In this document: one piece after another, positions 11,276-23,228 of the stretch
How positions within the stretch are numbered: position 1 is the first letter of the stretch
Layout of the letters: the number at the start of each line of letters is the position of its first letter
NCBI RefSeq assembly: GCF_030028105.1
Contig: NC_092374.1
Span: 193,187,345 to 193,251,344 of the forward strand
Direction of reading: 5' to 3'
Length of the DNA: 64,000 nt
From: Mobula birostris
Lineage: Eukaryota
Notes under the pieces: generated by a model
What the model was told of the DNA's origin: nothing
Database searches by the model: none
The model's input: only the letters and a program-made list of their open reading frames with translations
Made by a program: the position numbers and the translations under genes

Positions 11276-11401
11276 ATATTAAAATGCCGCCGGTCTGTCC
11301 AAAATTAGGCTTCAAAACATTGCAATTACCATGGAGCTTATTTTAAAAGTTCCTCATTGCCTATCAGTAAAACCATAAGGTAAGATATTCCCCAATAATA
11401 G

Positions 11402-11600
11402 TTTATTACCATGTGTTCACGGAACATACAGTTAATATGGTTTAAACTTTTATGAATGAAGTTACAAACAAGTTCTCAAAGCGAGTTTTGAACAGCTTGT
11501 GTTCCAAAATACTTTATATTTCCATCAATCAAACCAAAGTCGCTCGCACAGCAAGCACATAATAAAATATTAGATGAATAAATAATAGTTAATGTACAGG
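11402..11600 (-). promoter_or_regulatory. IER3-B1 3'UTR decay module: ARE, CDE stem-loop, poly(A) signal
   Basis: Minus strand: TTATTTATT nonamer 11585-11577; TGTTC-CGT-GAACA hairpin 11426-11414; AATAAA 11407-11402. Confidence 0.8.
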
Positions 11601-11738
11601 TTAGGTGGCATTTACTGCCCTAGGATTGCGTATGCTGTGGGGGGTAGTCTAGTAACTGACGAAGTCTCAGCGTGGTCGAAGTTGAACAGTTACTCCCTCT
11701 GTCTGTCTGCAAAGTCCTGCAGGGAGTGCCCCCCACGT

Positions 11739-12035
11739 TCAAACCCCAAGTCCTGGAAAGATTCCCCCCTCCATCTCCCCTCTGAGTTGCAAACGGTGCT
11801 TCTTGGCGATCACGCTGATCCCGAGGGCTGGGCTAGCGGTGGCGCCAGCCCCCGGCATGGGCAGGTTTGGCAGCAGCAGGGCGGATCTGTTGGTGGGCAA
11901 CAACGGTGCCGCCGCAACAGCGAGCTCCTCGTTGCCCTCCGTGGCTTCGTACACCTGGAGCAGGACAATGGACAGGAACAGGAAAAACATCCTCTTTACC
12001 CAGTCTTTCTTTTTCGGTGGGAGATACTTTCTGAC
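11739..12035 (-). CDS. IER3: IER3/IEX-1-like paralog B, copy B1, exon 2 of 2 (joined protein 168 aa)
   Basis: CTGCAG acceptor at 12041-12036; VRKYLPPKKKDWVKRMFFLFLSIVLLQV; divergent 25-aa tail; stop TGA. Confidence 0.85.
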   Translation of the reverse strand, partial: VRKYLPPKKKDWVKRMFFLFLSIVLLQVYEATEGNEELAVAAAPLLPTNRSALLLPNLPMPGAGATASPALGISVIAKKHRLQLRGEMEGGIFPGLGV

Positions 12036-13222
12036 CTGCAGATAAATAAGAGAAACGATCAACATTGAGCCATGATAAATACAATAGCAATAATTCAAAA
12101 CTCTTTACAGTCAACGGAAGATGTTCTGACTTCTGCTCATAATCGCTAAGTTTGCGCGCAGAAAATTTCCCACAAACAGCAATCATCAGATCCGCACGCC
12201 TCAATGGGATATTGGTTCAGCGGTAAGTAACCCGAACAGCGGCGGGGAAGGGGGTGGGGCGGTAGCATGGAGAATTGGCCCAAGCTGCAAACTGCCACCC
12301 CTCCCACCTTTCCCTCGAGCAACGTGCTTGAGGAAGGTCTGCACAATTAGGCCACTCGGCCCCCTCCAATCCCGGAGACTGACACTAGGAAGGACCTTCC
12401 CCGTTCACATCTGAGCGAGTCTTGGAGCAACGTGACCAAACAGAAATAAGAGGGGCTGACAATCCTCTCCTGCAGACTCCCCTTCACGCCCTCTCACTCC
12501 CAGCCAATACAAACGGTCCAAATCAATCTACCTTAACTTGCAAGTGGCTCCTCTTTTAGTTTTGATCCTGACATGCAGATGCACCCCTGCTTAGCGCTTA
12601 CAATCTGCTTGGGAGCTCGCCGGATAAGATGGGGTCGGGTGCTTGAAGTACTCAGCGGCTGGCTCCGATTTAAAAGGGCAGCGCGCATTGCTCATCGATG
12701 GAGATGGGTTTAAGATCATTCAATGTCTTCTGCACTCCGCTTCTCTTCTTCTTTGCATACCATCCAGACAGATTGTGCCATTCCCAAGTGCATGAATGCA
12801 TTTAGGTATGACCTGCTTGGATGGCGAGCAGACTAAAGCTTTTCACTGCATCCCGTACGTGGCTACAATAAACCTATCTGCCTTCATTGGGTCCACAAGA
12901 CATGGGTGCAGAATTAGGCCATTCGTCCCAGCTCTGCTTCGCCACTTTATCATGGCTGATTTTTTAACCCCCCCTCGACGCCATTCGTGGGCTTTACCCC
13001 CGTAATTTTTGACGCCCTTGCGAATCAAGTCTATTGATCCCCGCTTTAAATATACCCAAGGAATTGTCTGTGGCGGTGAGCTCTACAGCTATACCACCCC
13101 TGGCTGAAGAAATTGCCCATTCACTTTAATTATCTGCAGCGTGGCATTAACAACTAATACGATGAGGTACGTACACGACGGGCTGAATGGCCTCTTGCGT
13201 AAGGGGAGATGGAGGCACTTAC

Positions 13223-13432
13223 CTGCGCCGGATAGAGGACTTTCACAGCTCGGCGCCTTCCCGGGCTCCGGCCACTGACCGACGTACTGCTCTTGACCGG
13301 TGCGACGGTCTCGAAGGTGAAGATCTCCGGCTCGATGCTCCTCTGCTTCTTCAGGAATGGGTCGCCCCTATATTCCAGCGAGAGCCCGGGGACCATGGAG
13401 GCTCGCTGGGGGTAGTGGCAGCCCCTACACAT
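13223..13432 (-). CDS. IER3: IER3/IEX-1-like paralog B, copy B1, exon 1 of 2 (ORF intact, promoter deleted; possible pseudogene)
   Basis: MCRGCHYP...EPEIFTF...RRRAVKVLYPAQ|GTAAGT; intron 12036-13222. Only 18 bp of native upstream sequence remain (13433-13450). Confidence 0.85.
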
Positions 13433-13450
13433 GGCTTCTTGGAGGATGTA

Positions 13451-14090
13451 CCTAGAAATCTGCTGGGGTCATCTATCGTGTCTGGTTCTCTCAATGCACC
13501 CGCCTCTACGTTGGAGAGACCCATCGTGAATTGAGGGATCACTTCGTTGAGCAGCTCTGCTCCACCATCCACAAGCAGAACTTCCCAGTGGCCAAACATT
13601 TTAATTTCCATTCCCATTCCCGTTCCAACATGTCTGTCCATGGCCTCCTCTTTTGCCAAGATCCGGCCACCTCAGGGTGGAGGAGCAACATATTATTTTT
13701 ATGTCTGAGTAGCCTCCAACCTGATGGCATGAATATCAATTTCTCCTTCCAGTAAAAAAAATGACCCCCCCCCCATCGCTTCATCTCTGACCTTTTACCT
13801 CTTCTCATCTGCCTATCATTTCCCTCTGGGTCTCTTCTTCCTCCCCTTTCTCCTATGGACCACCCTCTTCTCCTATCAGATTCCTTCTTCCCTAGTCCTT
13901 GACTTTTCCCAACAACGGCTTCACCTTTCACCTTCCAGCTAGCCTCCTTTTCCTCTCCCCACCTTCTTATTCTGGCTGCTTCCCCCTTCCTTTTCAGTCC
14001 TGAAGAACAGTCTTGGCCCGAAATGTCAACTATATATTAATCTCCATAGATGCTGCCTGACCTGCTGAGTTCCTCCATCATTTTGTGTTG
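13451..14090 (+). mobile_element. Penelope-like 3' fragment, 5'-truncated at the deletion junction
   Basis: RLYVGETHRELRDHFVEQL GIY-YIG-like reading; nearly identical to 33710-34349; CTGAAGA...GAAA motif at 14000-14023. Confidence 0.75.
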
Positions 14091-14829
14091 TTAAATTCCT
14101 TGCTGATTAGATTTGATGCAAACATGCTGCATTTCATCGTATGTATTAATGTACAGTAACAATAGAGCTTATCTTTAAAATCATTTTTCCACAGCCTCTG
14201 GTAGATAGTTACAAGCATTCACATCCCTTTAAGAGATGAAGTTTCTCCTCCTTGAATCACCTTATCGAGTGCACAGTTGGGGCATTGACTACCCAGCTCA
14301 CTTATTCAAACATATAGGCAAGCATAAGGAAAGTTCGATCAATAACAATTTAAATAGCAATTTAGACCCTGATCTAGCAGCTTGTGGGGTGCTTTATTCT
14401 ATGTGGAGGCAACTGAGAGAAGGTTTATTTGGACTGGTACCTGGAATGGATGTGCTGGTTATCCTGTGAGGAAATGTTGACAGGGTAGTCTTGTATTCAC
14501 TTGAACAGCAATGTTATTCTTAACCTGTGCTGCCTGCTCTGGGAGTACATGATAGGACAGTGTGAGGTGTGTTTTTGTCTATCTTGAAGCTGTCCAATAC
14601 TGTCTTCTTAACATTCAGACCCAGTAACCAGACTGATTACAATCGAGTCCAGACCTGTGTCGCTGAAATTAATTGCTTTGCTTGAGATTCCTTCTGACTG
14701 TGGCTGTGCAAAATCAGCTTCAGTCAAGCAGCAACACACACAAAATGCTGAAGGAAATCAACAGGTCAGGCAGCATCTATGGAGGGAAGTGAACAGTCAA
14801 CATTTCAAGCTGACAACCTTCATCAGTTT

Positions 14830-15340
14830 GGCTAGATTGGAAGTATTGCATTCAGTTCTGGTTGACCCATTATAGGAAGGATGTGAGGCGTTTGGAGAGG
14901 GTGTAGAAAACTTAATACCAGAATGCTGCCTGCTATAAAGGGAAGGTGACAACTGGGTCATTTTCTCTGAAGTGATGAAGGCTGAGGGGAGATTTGAAAG
15001 AGTTTCATAAAATTATGAGAGGCATAGTTAGAGTAGACAGACATTATCTTTTTTTCCCAGGGCTGAAATGAGGACATGCATTTAAGGTGAGGGGGGTAAG
15101 TTCAAAGCAGATGTGCGGGGCAAGTGTTTTGCATGGCGAGTGATGTGTGACAGGAATGCACTGACAGGGATGGTGCTAGAGGCAAATACAATAGTGGGGT
15201 ACAAGAGATTGTTAGATAGGGACACAGATGTGTTGGAAATTGAATGATGGGGACATCTTGTAGTCAGAAGGGATTAGTTTAGTTGGGCGATTCATTGCAA
15301 AGTTAGTTCAGCACAACATTGTGTTCCTGTGCTCTACTGA
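14830..15340 (+). mobile_element. CR1 LINE 3' fragment, degenerate (second copy about 35090-35600)
   Basis: Homologous to the CR1 C-terminal region at 59980-60330 (LEYC.QFW.PHYRKDV..LERV motif). Confidence 0.7.
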
Positions 15341-15494
15341 TCTTGGAGTGTATACTCATGCACCTCCCTGAAGTATCATCGGGATTCAATTAGTTGTCCA
15401 ATAGACATGTCCAGACTCTGAGAGACGATCATAAATACAGAAGATTCTGGAGATGCTGGAAATCCAGGGCAACACCCAAACGCTGGAGGAAATC

Positions 15495-16730
15495 AGCAGG
15501 CCAGGCAGCATCCACGGAGGGGAATAAACAGTCAACGTTTTGAGCCAAGACCCTCCTGATGACCCTCCCTCTGAGGGAACTCTGCTGTGTGATTTACTCT
15601 GTGTGACTTTTGTCCTTCTTGACCCTCTAATGTTAAAAGTATGGTCTTGCCCCTTATGGGCAAGGATTTGATCTTGTTTCCAGGACCTCTGGACAGTGGA
15701 GCTCAGTGAAACCCAGGTTTTTGAAATCTCCAGCCAGACCCTGATACGTAGTGCTGCACTTTCGATCCTTCATTGAGATCATCTCCCCTGGTCTGCTATA
15801 TCAGGAGCATTGCACACATGGTGCCTTTAGCATTGTCAAGGACCCCTCCCATCCATCCAACAATCTCTTTGACCCCCTAGCATCAGGCCAGACCATTAGG
15901 ACAAGGACTTTTCTGATAGAAACCAGCTTCTTCCCCTAGGCCATGGAACTAATGAACTCCTTACCACCACCCAGGTCTCATCATGCAGGAATCACCAGTA
16001 GCATTATGCTATTCACATTTTAACGTGTCATAAATACTCCTTATGGTAAAGGTCAATCTTCAGGAATATATGTTATTATTTGTTAATTTATTTGTGGTAA
16101 TATTACTATATGTATTGTGTGTGAGTATGTGTACTGTGTTGTACACCTCGGTCTGGAGGAATGTTGTTTCATTGGCAGTACATGTGTACATGGTTGAATG
16201 GCCTCTACCTACTAACCCACCCCACTATTACTTTATAATTTCCTGTCAGAGTCACCTTATGTACAGACACTCATGTACCTAGTGTCACTTCATGGACAAA
16301 TAGTCAATCGATGTTTATAAGCTATCTTATGTATTTATATTTATTGTGCTTCTTAATTTATTATGTTCTATTTGTGCTGCATCAAATTCAGAGTAACAAT
16401 TATTTAACTTTTCTTTACGCTTGTGTACTGGAAATGACACTCAGCAGATGAGGCAGTATCTATGGAGCGGAATAAACAGTTGTCATTTTGGGCCAAGACC
16501 CCTCCAATGACCCTCCCTATGAGGGAACACTGCCATGTAATTTACTCTGTAGGTCTCTTGTCCTCCTTAATCCTCTAATGTTGGAAATATAGTCTTGCCT
16601 TTTACCCCCGCTAGGATTTGATTTTGTTCCCAGGACCTCAGTACAGCGGAGCTCTGTTTTCAAAATCTTCAGCCAGGCCCTGATACGTGGTACTGAACAG
16701 TCACATCCTTCACTGAGATCCTTTCCCATG
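15495..16730 (+). repeat. Old diverged direct repeat pair of about 290 bp (15495-15790 and 16443-16730; duplicated again in unit 2)
   Basis: Shared CCAAGACCC..TGACCCTCCCT.TGAGGGAAC, CCTCTAATGTT, CCAGGACCTC, CCCTGATACGT and TCCTTCA.TGAGATC blocks. Confidence 0.75.
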
Positions 16731-19700
16731 TCCTGATATTTCTTTGTTCTGGCAGATCACCTTCATTTCAGTGGCAAACAGCTGGGTTGGTTCTCCTCCA
16801 GTTCCAGTGAATAATATGGTTCATTTTCCGAAGTGTTAATGGAATTTTCTTGTCCCTGGGGAATATTTACGGAGCATGCTCGCCAGCCTCAGCCTGTTGC
16901 TTCAATTCAGAAAAAATGTCTCAGCTTTTTAATTTGGACTTTAATCTTTCTCTTGTGACACAGGGATGATTCCTCCTTCATTCATTGAATGAAGCTGCCC
17001 TTAGGTCACAGAAGAACAGATCCCCTACTTTGCCACCAAACTCTTGGTGGACTGAGACCTCCTGGCAGCCTACACAACGGGGGCAACCTGAATGACTTTC
17101 CCCCATGGTATTGTTATCAGCATTGCTGCCTCTCGTGTGAAAGAGTGGAGGTCAGTTTCCCCCGGGAGGACGATGGGGAAGTTGTGATTGTGAACAATTT
17201 TGGGCTCCATATCTGAGGAAGGATGTGCTGTAACTGGAGAGAGTCCAAAGGAGGTTGACATGAATGATCTCTGGAATAGAAAGTGTGGATTGACATTATG
17301 TTAACAGAAAGAAAATAGACTGCTAAAATTAGTGGGCCATTCTCAAATTGACAGGATCAGAATCCTTTATTATCGCCAAGTATGTGGACACATACAGGGA
17401 ATCCGATGCTGGTTTCCCTGAGCTCTCGCTGTACCAATGGTCTGCTCTGAGGCACAGTGCTAGAGATGCTAAATCCGTGACTCAGAATGAGAAGATCAAG
17501 TATAATATATCCAAGTTTGCTAACAAGATCCAGCTAGGTGACAGTGTATGAGGAGAAGATGGAGAGGTGGCAATGGACAGACTACATGAAAGGTAGAGAA
17601 CAGTTTCATATGAAGGAATGTGAGGTCATTCACAATGTGGACTACTTATCATTTAGGTAATGAGATGTTGCCGTTCAGAGGGACGTGGGTGCCTTTGTAC
17701 ACAGATCATAAAAGGTTAATGTTCTCCAATTAGGAAGACAAGCAGTATGATGTTCTTTGTTGCAAGAGGATTTGAGTGTAACAATAAATCAGGTTCAGAT
17801 TCATTTATTTATCACATGTGCATTGAAACATGGTGAAATGCATTGTTCACATTAACATGCCGCACAACCTAATGATGTGATGGGGCAGCCTGCAAATGTC
17901 GCCACGCATTCCAGCACCAATATAACATGCCCACAATGCTTGGCAGAACAGCACAGAACACAGAGACTAAAACAACAGCAAAACAAGCCCTGTTCCTCTC
18001 TCCCATTCACCTACTGTACACAGTCCTCCAACCCCAGGGCAGGCCAAAGTCAGCCTGCAGCAGACTTAGGGATTCATAGACACTGGGCTTCAACTTCCTC
18101 AGTGGACTTGCAAGAGACCTGCAGACCCAGGTTTCTGCACCTTCCAGAGTGCGATCGACCCTGTAAGATGCTCTATTACAATCATACATGGTTCTGGTGA
18201 GATCATTCCTGCAACATTATGTGCAGGCCTGGTTTCCCTTACGCATAAATTATATAACCGTACTAAGGGGAGTACAATGAAAGTTTGACCGACCGATTCT
18301 TGCAGTGGTATGCTGGTGGGGTCCATTCTACAAGGGCGCTTAAGTGGACTGGTATATTAGGAATTTGAGATTTGGGTTGTCACCTAGGAAACTTGTACAG
18401 ATGTACTATGGAGAGCATTCTGCTTCACTGTCTGGTATAGGGTGACTACTGCACAGGATCGTAAGAAGTAAAACTGGTCAGCTCCATCTTGGGTACTAGC
18501 CTCCATAGTATCGAAAACATCTTCGAGATGTCTCAGTAAGGTGGCATCCATTCTTAAGAACCCCCATCATCTAAGACATGCCCTCTTCTCATTGTTACCG
18601 TCAGAAAGGACTACAGAAGCCCGAAGGCACACACACTCAGCGATTCAGGAACATCTTCTTCCCTTCTGCCATCCGATTCCTGAATGGATATTGAACCCAC
18701 AAACACTAACTCACATTTTTTATGTTTTAATTTAGCTATTTAACACACATATGTACACTTACCGTCATTGATTTACTTATTTATTTTTTGTTCTATATTA
18801 TCATGTATTGCATTGTACTCTGCCATTAAGTTAACAAATTGCATGATATGGGGTGATATTAAATCTGTTTCTGATTTTGATATGCTCTACATTCTTTCTC
18901 AAACATGCAACATTCTTCCAGGATGGATGTGAGGCGAAGAAATCTGCTGGCTGGGGTAACTAGAACCACAAGTCACCAGCTCAGAATATGACGTCTCCCA
19001 TGCAGGACTTAGGGAAGCAGACATTTCTTCACCCAGAGGAATGGCGAATCTTTGGGACTTCTTATTCAAGATGAAAGAGATCGGGACATTTATGGGTATG
19101 AAGCGAATCAAGGGAAACAGGAATTGAGCAGGAAAGTGGTATTGAGGTCAAAGGTCAGCCATGATCATGTTGAATGGTGCAACAGAAGCGAGAGGCCGAA
19201 TGGCCTGTTTCTTCTCCATTCCCAAGTTGAGGACAGTGTTGACTCTGCAGGGATCTTGGTTGAAGTGTTGGAAGTGGGCATCTGGGGTTCAACAGTTGTT
19301 TTCGCAAAGGCTGCCCACCCCCAAGACCGTCAGCCCGGCAGGAGGTTGTCACAGAGCTCTCTGCTAGGACTTGTCTGTGCCCTTTGGCTGCCTGTGCTTT
19401 GGGGAAGCCTGACCGGCTGGCAGAGATGTGTTCCCACTCTCACTGCTGCTGCTGGGCTGGGGAGGAAGCAGAGAAAATCCCCCCTCTCCTTGCTACACTG
19501 CTTTATCTCTGTTAGAATCTTTCCTGTAGTAACATGGGCTTGTAGCTTGTTAAGCAACCTTACGTTTGACACCTTGTCAGAAGCCTTCCGAAACTGCAAG
19601 AACATAACATCAACCGTTTCTTCTTTGTCTATCCTGCTTGTTATTTCTTCAGAGAATTTCACCTGGGATGGGATAGTTGTGTCAAAGGACCTGTTTCCTG

Positions 19701-21242
19701 CTGCATGATTGTACAACTCTGTGACTCCAGCTGTTCTTCGGTCTACTAAATATATTGCTGTGAACAACCTCAGGGCCTTGGAGTCAGTTGGGGCCAGTTT
19801 CATGTCTGGAAAAGTTTTCCAGCACCATTGGAAATCCCACCAGGGCATCAAGGTACAAGTTTGTCACTGGACGCTAATAATGGAAATGGGCCAAATATCA
19901 TTCTACTCCAGCTATACCTTTCCTTGCAGTGCAGCAGTAATTTTGAAGGAATTTCTACATGCGTTATTCCATGCTATAGGAGGGATAGTGATAGAAAGAT
20001 CCCTTAAGTTGAGTATGATACTCTCCTAAGTGGTTGTCTATTGAAGGCTCCCCAAGGCCAATCCAGGATCCGCATATTCTGGTGCTGTATGGGCTATGGA
20101 TAGTGGTTGGGTCTTTTGGTTAGTTAGTCTCTCTTTTTGCAACAGGTGTTTATTCTCTGCAGCACAGCTGAGATCATTCTTGTGCAGCGCAGCTCCATCT
20201 TGAACAGATTTCCTCCAGATGCAAACTTTCCAGTTTTTAGATGTAATGTTGAATTCCTTCAGAATGATTTTGATGTTTATCTTTGAAGTATTTTCTTTGC
20301 CCACCAGGGGCACCGAGCTTTCTTCAACTGGGAGTAAAGGATCTATTTGGGGCAACAAGAGTTAGGCATCCAGGTGACATGACCTATCCATCAGAGTTGG
20401 TGATACTTTATCACGGTGGAAATGCTGTTCATGTTGACCTCCCTTTGTATGCTGGCGTCCTTTCAGCTGATCCTCAAAATCTTTCGTAAGGACCTTAAGT
20501 GATATTGCTTCAAGGCTTTCAGGTAGTCAGACAGGGGTAGAGAGGCATTGAGTGAACTCTTTTTAAATAATGACAGAAACAGGATGATTGCATCAGCTGA
20601 AAATTATCCATCTGCCTTCACTGAATGCTGAATGCTGGTGGCTTATTGTTCAGCATATGGCCCAACTTCAATGTAACCAGACATATCAGGGCATGTTGGC
20701 TTTCCAAGGAAAATTGCGGCGTGTAGACAAGCCCACAACATCCTTTACATTTCATTTCTTGTATAAGGATAAGGAAAATAGGAGAGGGGAAGACTATAGG
20801 CCGTTCACTTCCCACACAGGGGTGACTGTGATTTTCTGATGAACGGCTTGCATAAACCTTTCAGAGGAACTTGATATTTGTCTGTGACATCAGTGGAGAT
20901 TGTTGGTCACATTAAGGGGATGGTTTTTAAGTATCCACTGACTGGAACATCCCAGGATGTGGGAGGACAAGCTGAAGAATGTACTGTAGTTTAGTGCACT
21001 CAATGGGACTGCCCTGTGGGGAAGGATCACACGGTGCTGACACTGGACACTGAGGGATTGTGTCCTGTGGGACAACCTTTCAAACAGATATGTGAAGAAC
21101 AGGTGGATGATTAAAGTGAGGGCAAGACTGACCAGGGATAAAAGAGAAAGTAGGCCTGGGATCAGAGGAGGTAGAGGAGACCCTTAATGTGTACTTCGCT
21201 TCAGTATTCAGCAGTGAGACGGACCCTGTCATTTTCATGTCA

Positions 21243-23228
21243 TTTTTAAATCTTTTTCCTTAATTATTATTGAATATCAACGAAAATACATTAAAGTAAT
21301 CAAGTCAGCATGTCAATATGTATAATGAGGAATTAAATTGCCAAATAACTGATTAACAAAGCTAAACAGTATATCAATAATAATAAGAAAAAAAAAGTGT
21401 TAAAACTATTCTTTTTTGGAAAAAAGTAAGAAGTTAAAAAGAACCCCTGCTAACTAAAACAAAAAAAAAACCCTGCTAACAAAAAAAATGAAAAAAAAAA
21501 CATTGGGAGCACAACCCCAGAGCTATATGCCATACAAGCTTCCATAAAAGAAAAATATCAATCTGCCAATTCAAATCCATTTAAAAAAGAATCAGAAGGA
21601 AATGCTCTTAATTAACTCAAATTAGATGATAGTAGCAGGCAAAAGAGCCCCACCTCTTCTCAAAGTCAAATCGAGGATCAAAAGTACGACTTCTGATTTT
21701 CTCCAAACTAAGACATAGCATCACCTGAGAGAACCATTGTATCAAAGTGGGAGCAGAGGCATCTTTCCATTTCAATAAAATAGCCCTTCTGGCCAGTAAT
21801 GTAACAAATGCAATTACATGTTGGGCTGATATAGAAATATCATGAATACATTGAGGGATTATACCAAACAAAACTGTCAATTTATTAGGTTGTAAATTAA
21901 TTTTTAAAGCTTTAGAAGTTGTAGAGAAAATAGATTTCCAAAACTGCTTCAATACAGAACACAACCAAAACATATGTGTCAATGTAGCTGTCTCAGTTTT
22001 ACATCTATCACACTGACTATCAACATTAGGAAATATTTTAGACTGTTTCTCCTTTGTCAAATAGTAATGATGTACAATTTTAAATTGAATTAAAAATTGA
22101 CTGGCACAAATCGAAGAAGAGTTAACCAAATTCAAAGTTCGCAACCAATCCTCTGTTATCAAGGTCATGTTAAGCTATCTTTCCCAATCTTGCTTAACCT
22201 TGAGTGAAAGATAATTGTACTGTTGTAATAGTAAATTATAAATATTCCCAATAAAACCTTTCACTAAAGGATTCATTTTTAAAAGAATGTCTAACAGGTG
22301 AGAATCCTGTATATATGGAAAATTACTTAAATGTTCTTGTAAGAAATGTCTGACCTGAAGATATTGCAAGAAATGTGAGTACGAGAGAGAGTATTTAGTT
22401 ACTAATTTCTCAAAAGACATCAATCGGCCTTCTTGGAACAGATCCATGAAGGAATAGACTCCTTTATTCCTCCAAAGAAAAAAGTTTAAATAAATAATTT
22501 TGATAAATTAAACTAAGAAGGTTAAATGTTTTGAGATTAAAAAAATTACGAAACTGGTAGCAAATTTGTAATGACTGCTTAATCATAGCATATAAATTTA
22601 GATTAGAAATTTTAGCCAGTTGTACAGGTAAAGAAGCTTCTAAAAATGAAGTTAAGTAAAATTGTTTCACAGCTTTCAATTCCAAGGTGGTCGTTCATTT
22701 TTATCAGCCCAATATAACCAAGCACACATATAACATATATTAACAGCTCAATAGTACATTTTAAATTAGGCAGAGCTAGATGTCCATCCTTCTTTAATTT
22801 TCGTAAATGATATTTTCCAATTCTTTTTCTTTTATTATTCCAAACAAAAGATGAAATAATAGAATCAACCTGATCAAAAAACTTCTTAGTTAAAAAAAAG
22901 GAATATTTTGAAATACATATAAAAATTTTGGTAAAATCATCATTTTAACTGCATGAATTTGGCCAGCTAATGAAAGTGTAAGTGGACTCCATCTACCAAA
23001 TAGTTGTTTCATAAAATCCACTAAAGGAATCAAATTAGCTCTATAAAGGGCTCTGTGATTTTTAGTGATAATAATACCTAAATATTAAAAAGAGTCCGTA
23101 ACTTTAAAAAGAACGTCATCATATATAGAAGCAGAATCATTTAGAGGAAATAATTCACTTTTATGAAAGTTTAGATTATATCCCGAAAACTTTCCAAATT
23201 CACTTAATGATTTCAATAAACTAGGAAA
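21243..23228 (-). mobile_element. 5'-truncated L1-clade LINE (ORF2 C-terminal half, broken)
   Basis: ORF 21617-22168 has the L1 ORF2 Cys-rich motif CDRC...LTHMFWLC, with upstream fragments 22175-22685 and a T-rich 3'UTR. Inserted within CR1 remnants. Confidence 0.85.

Noticed and set aside
10815-11308. Pro/Ser/Leu-rich ORFs of 151-155 aa
   Set aside because: Stop-poor pyrimidine tract of the Penelope 3' region.
19052-19851. 218-aa and 173-aa overlapping ORFs (duplicated at 39310-40109)
   Set aside because: Chance read-through of CR1 fragments (VDVMFLQFRKASDKV is a decayed RT motif) with no coherent domain.
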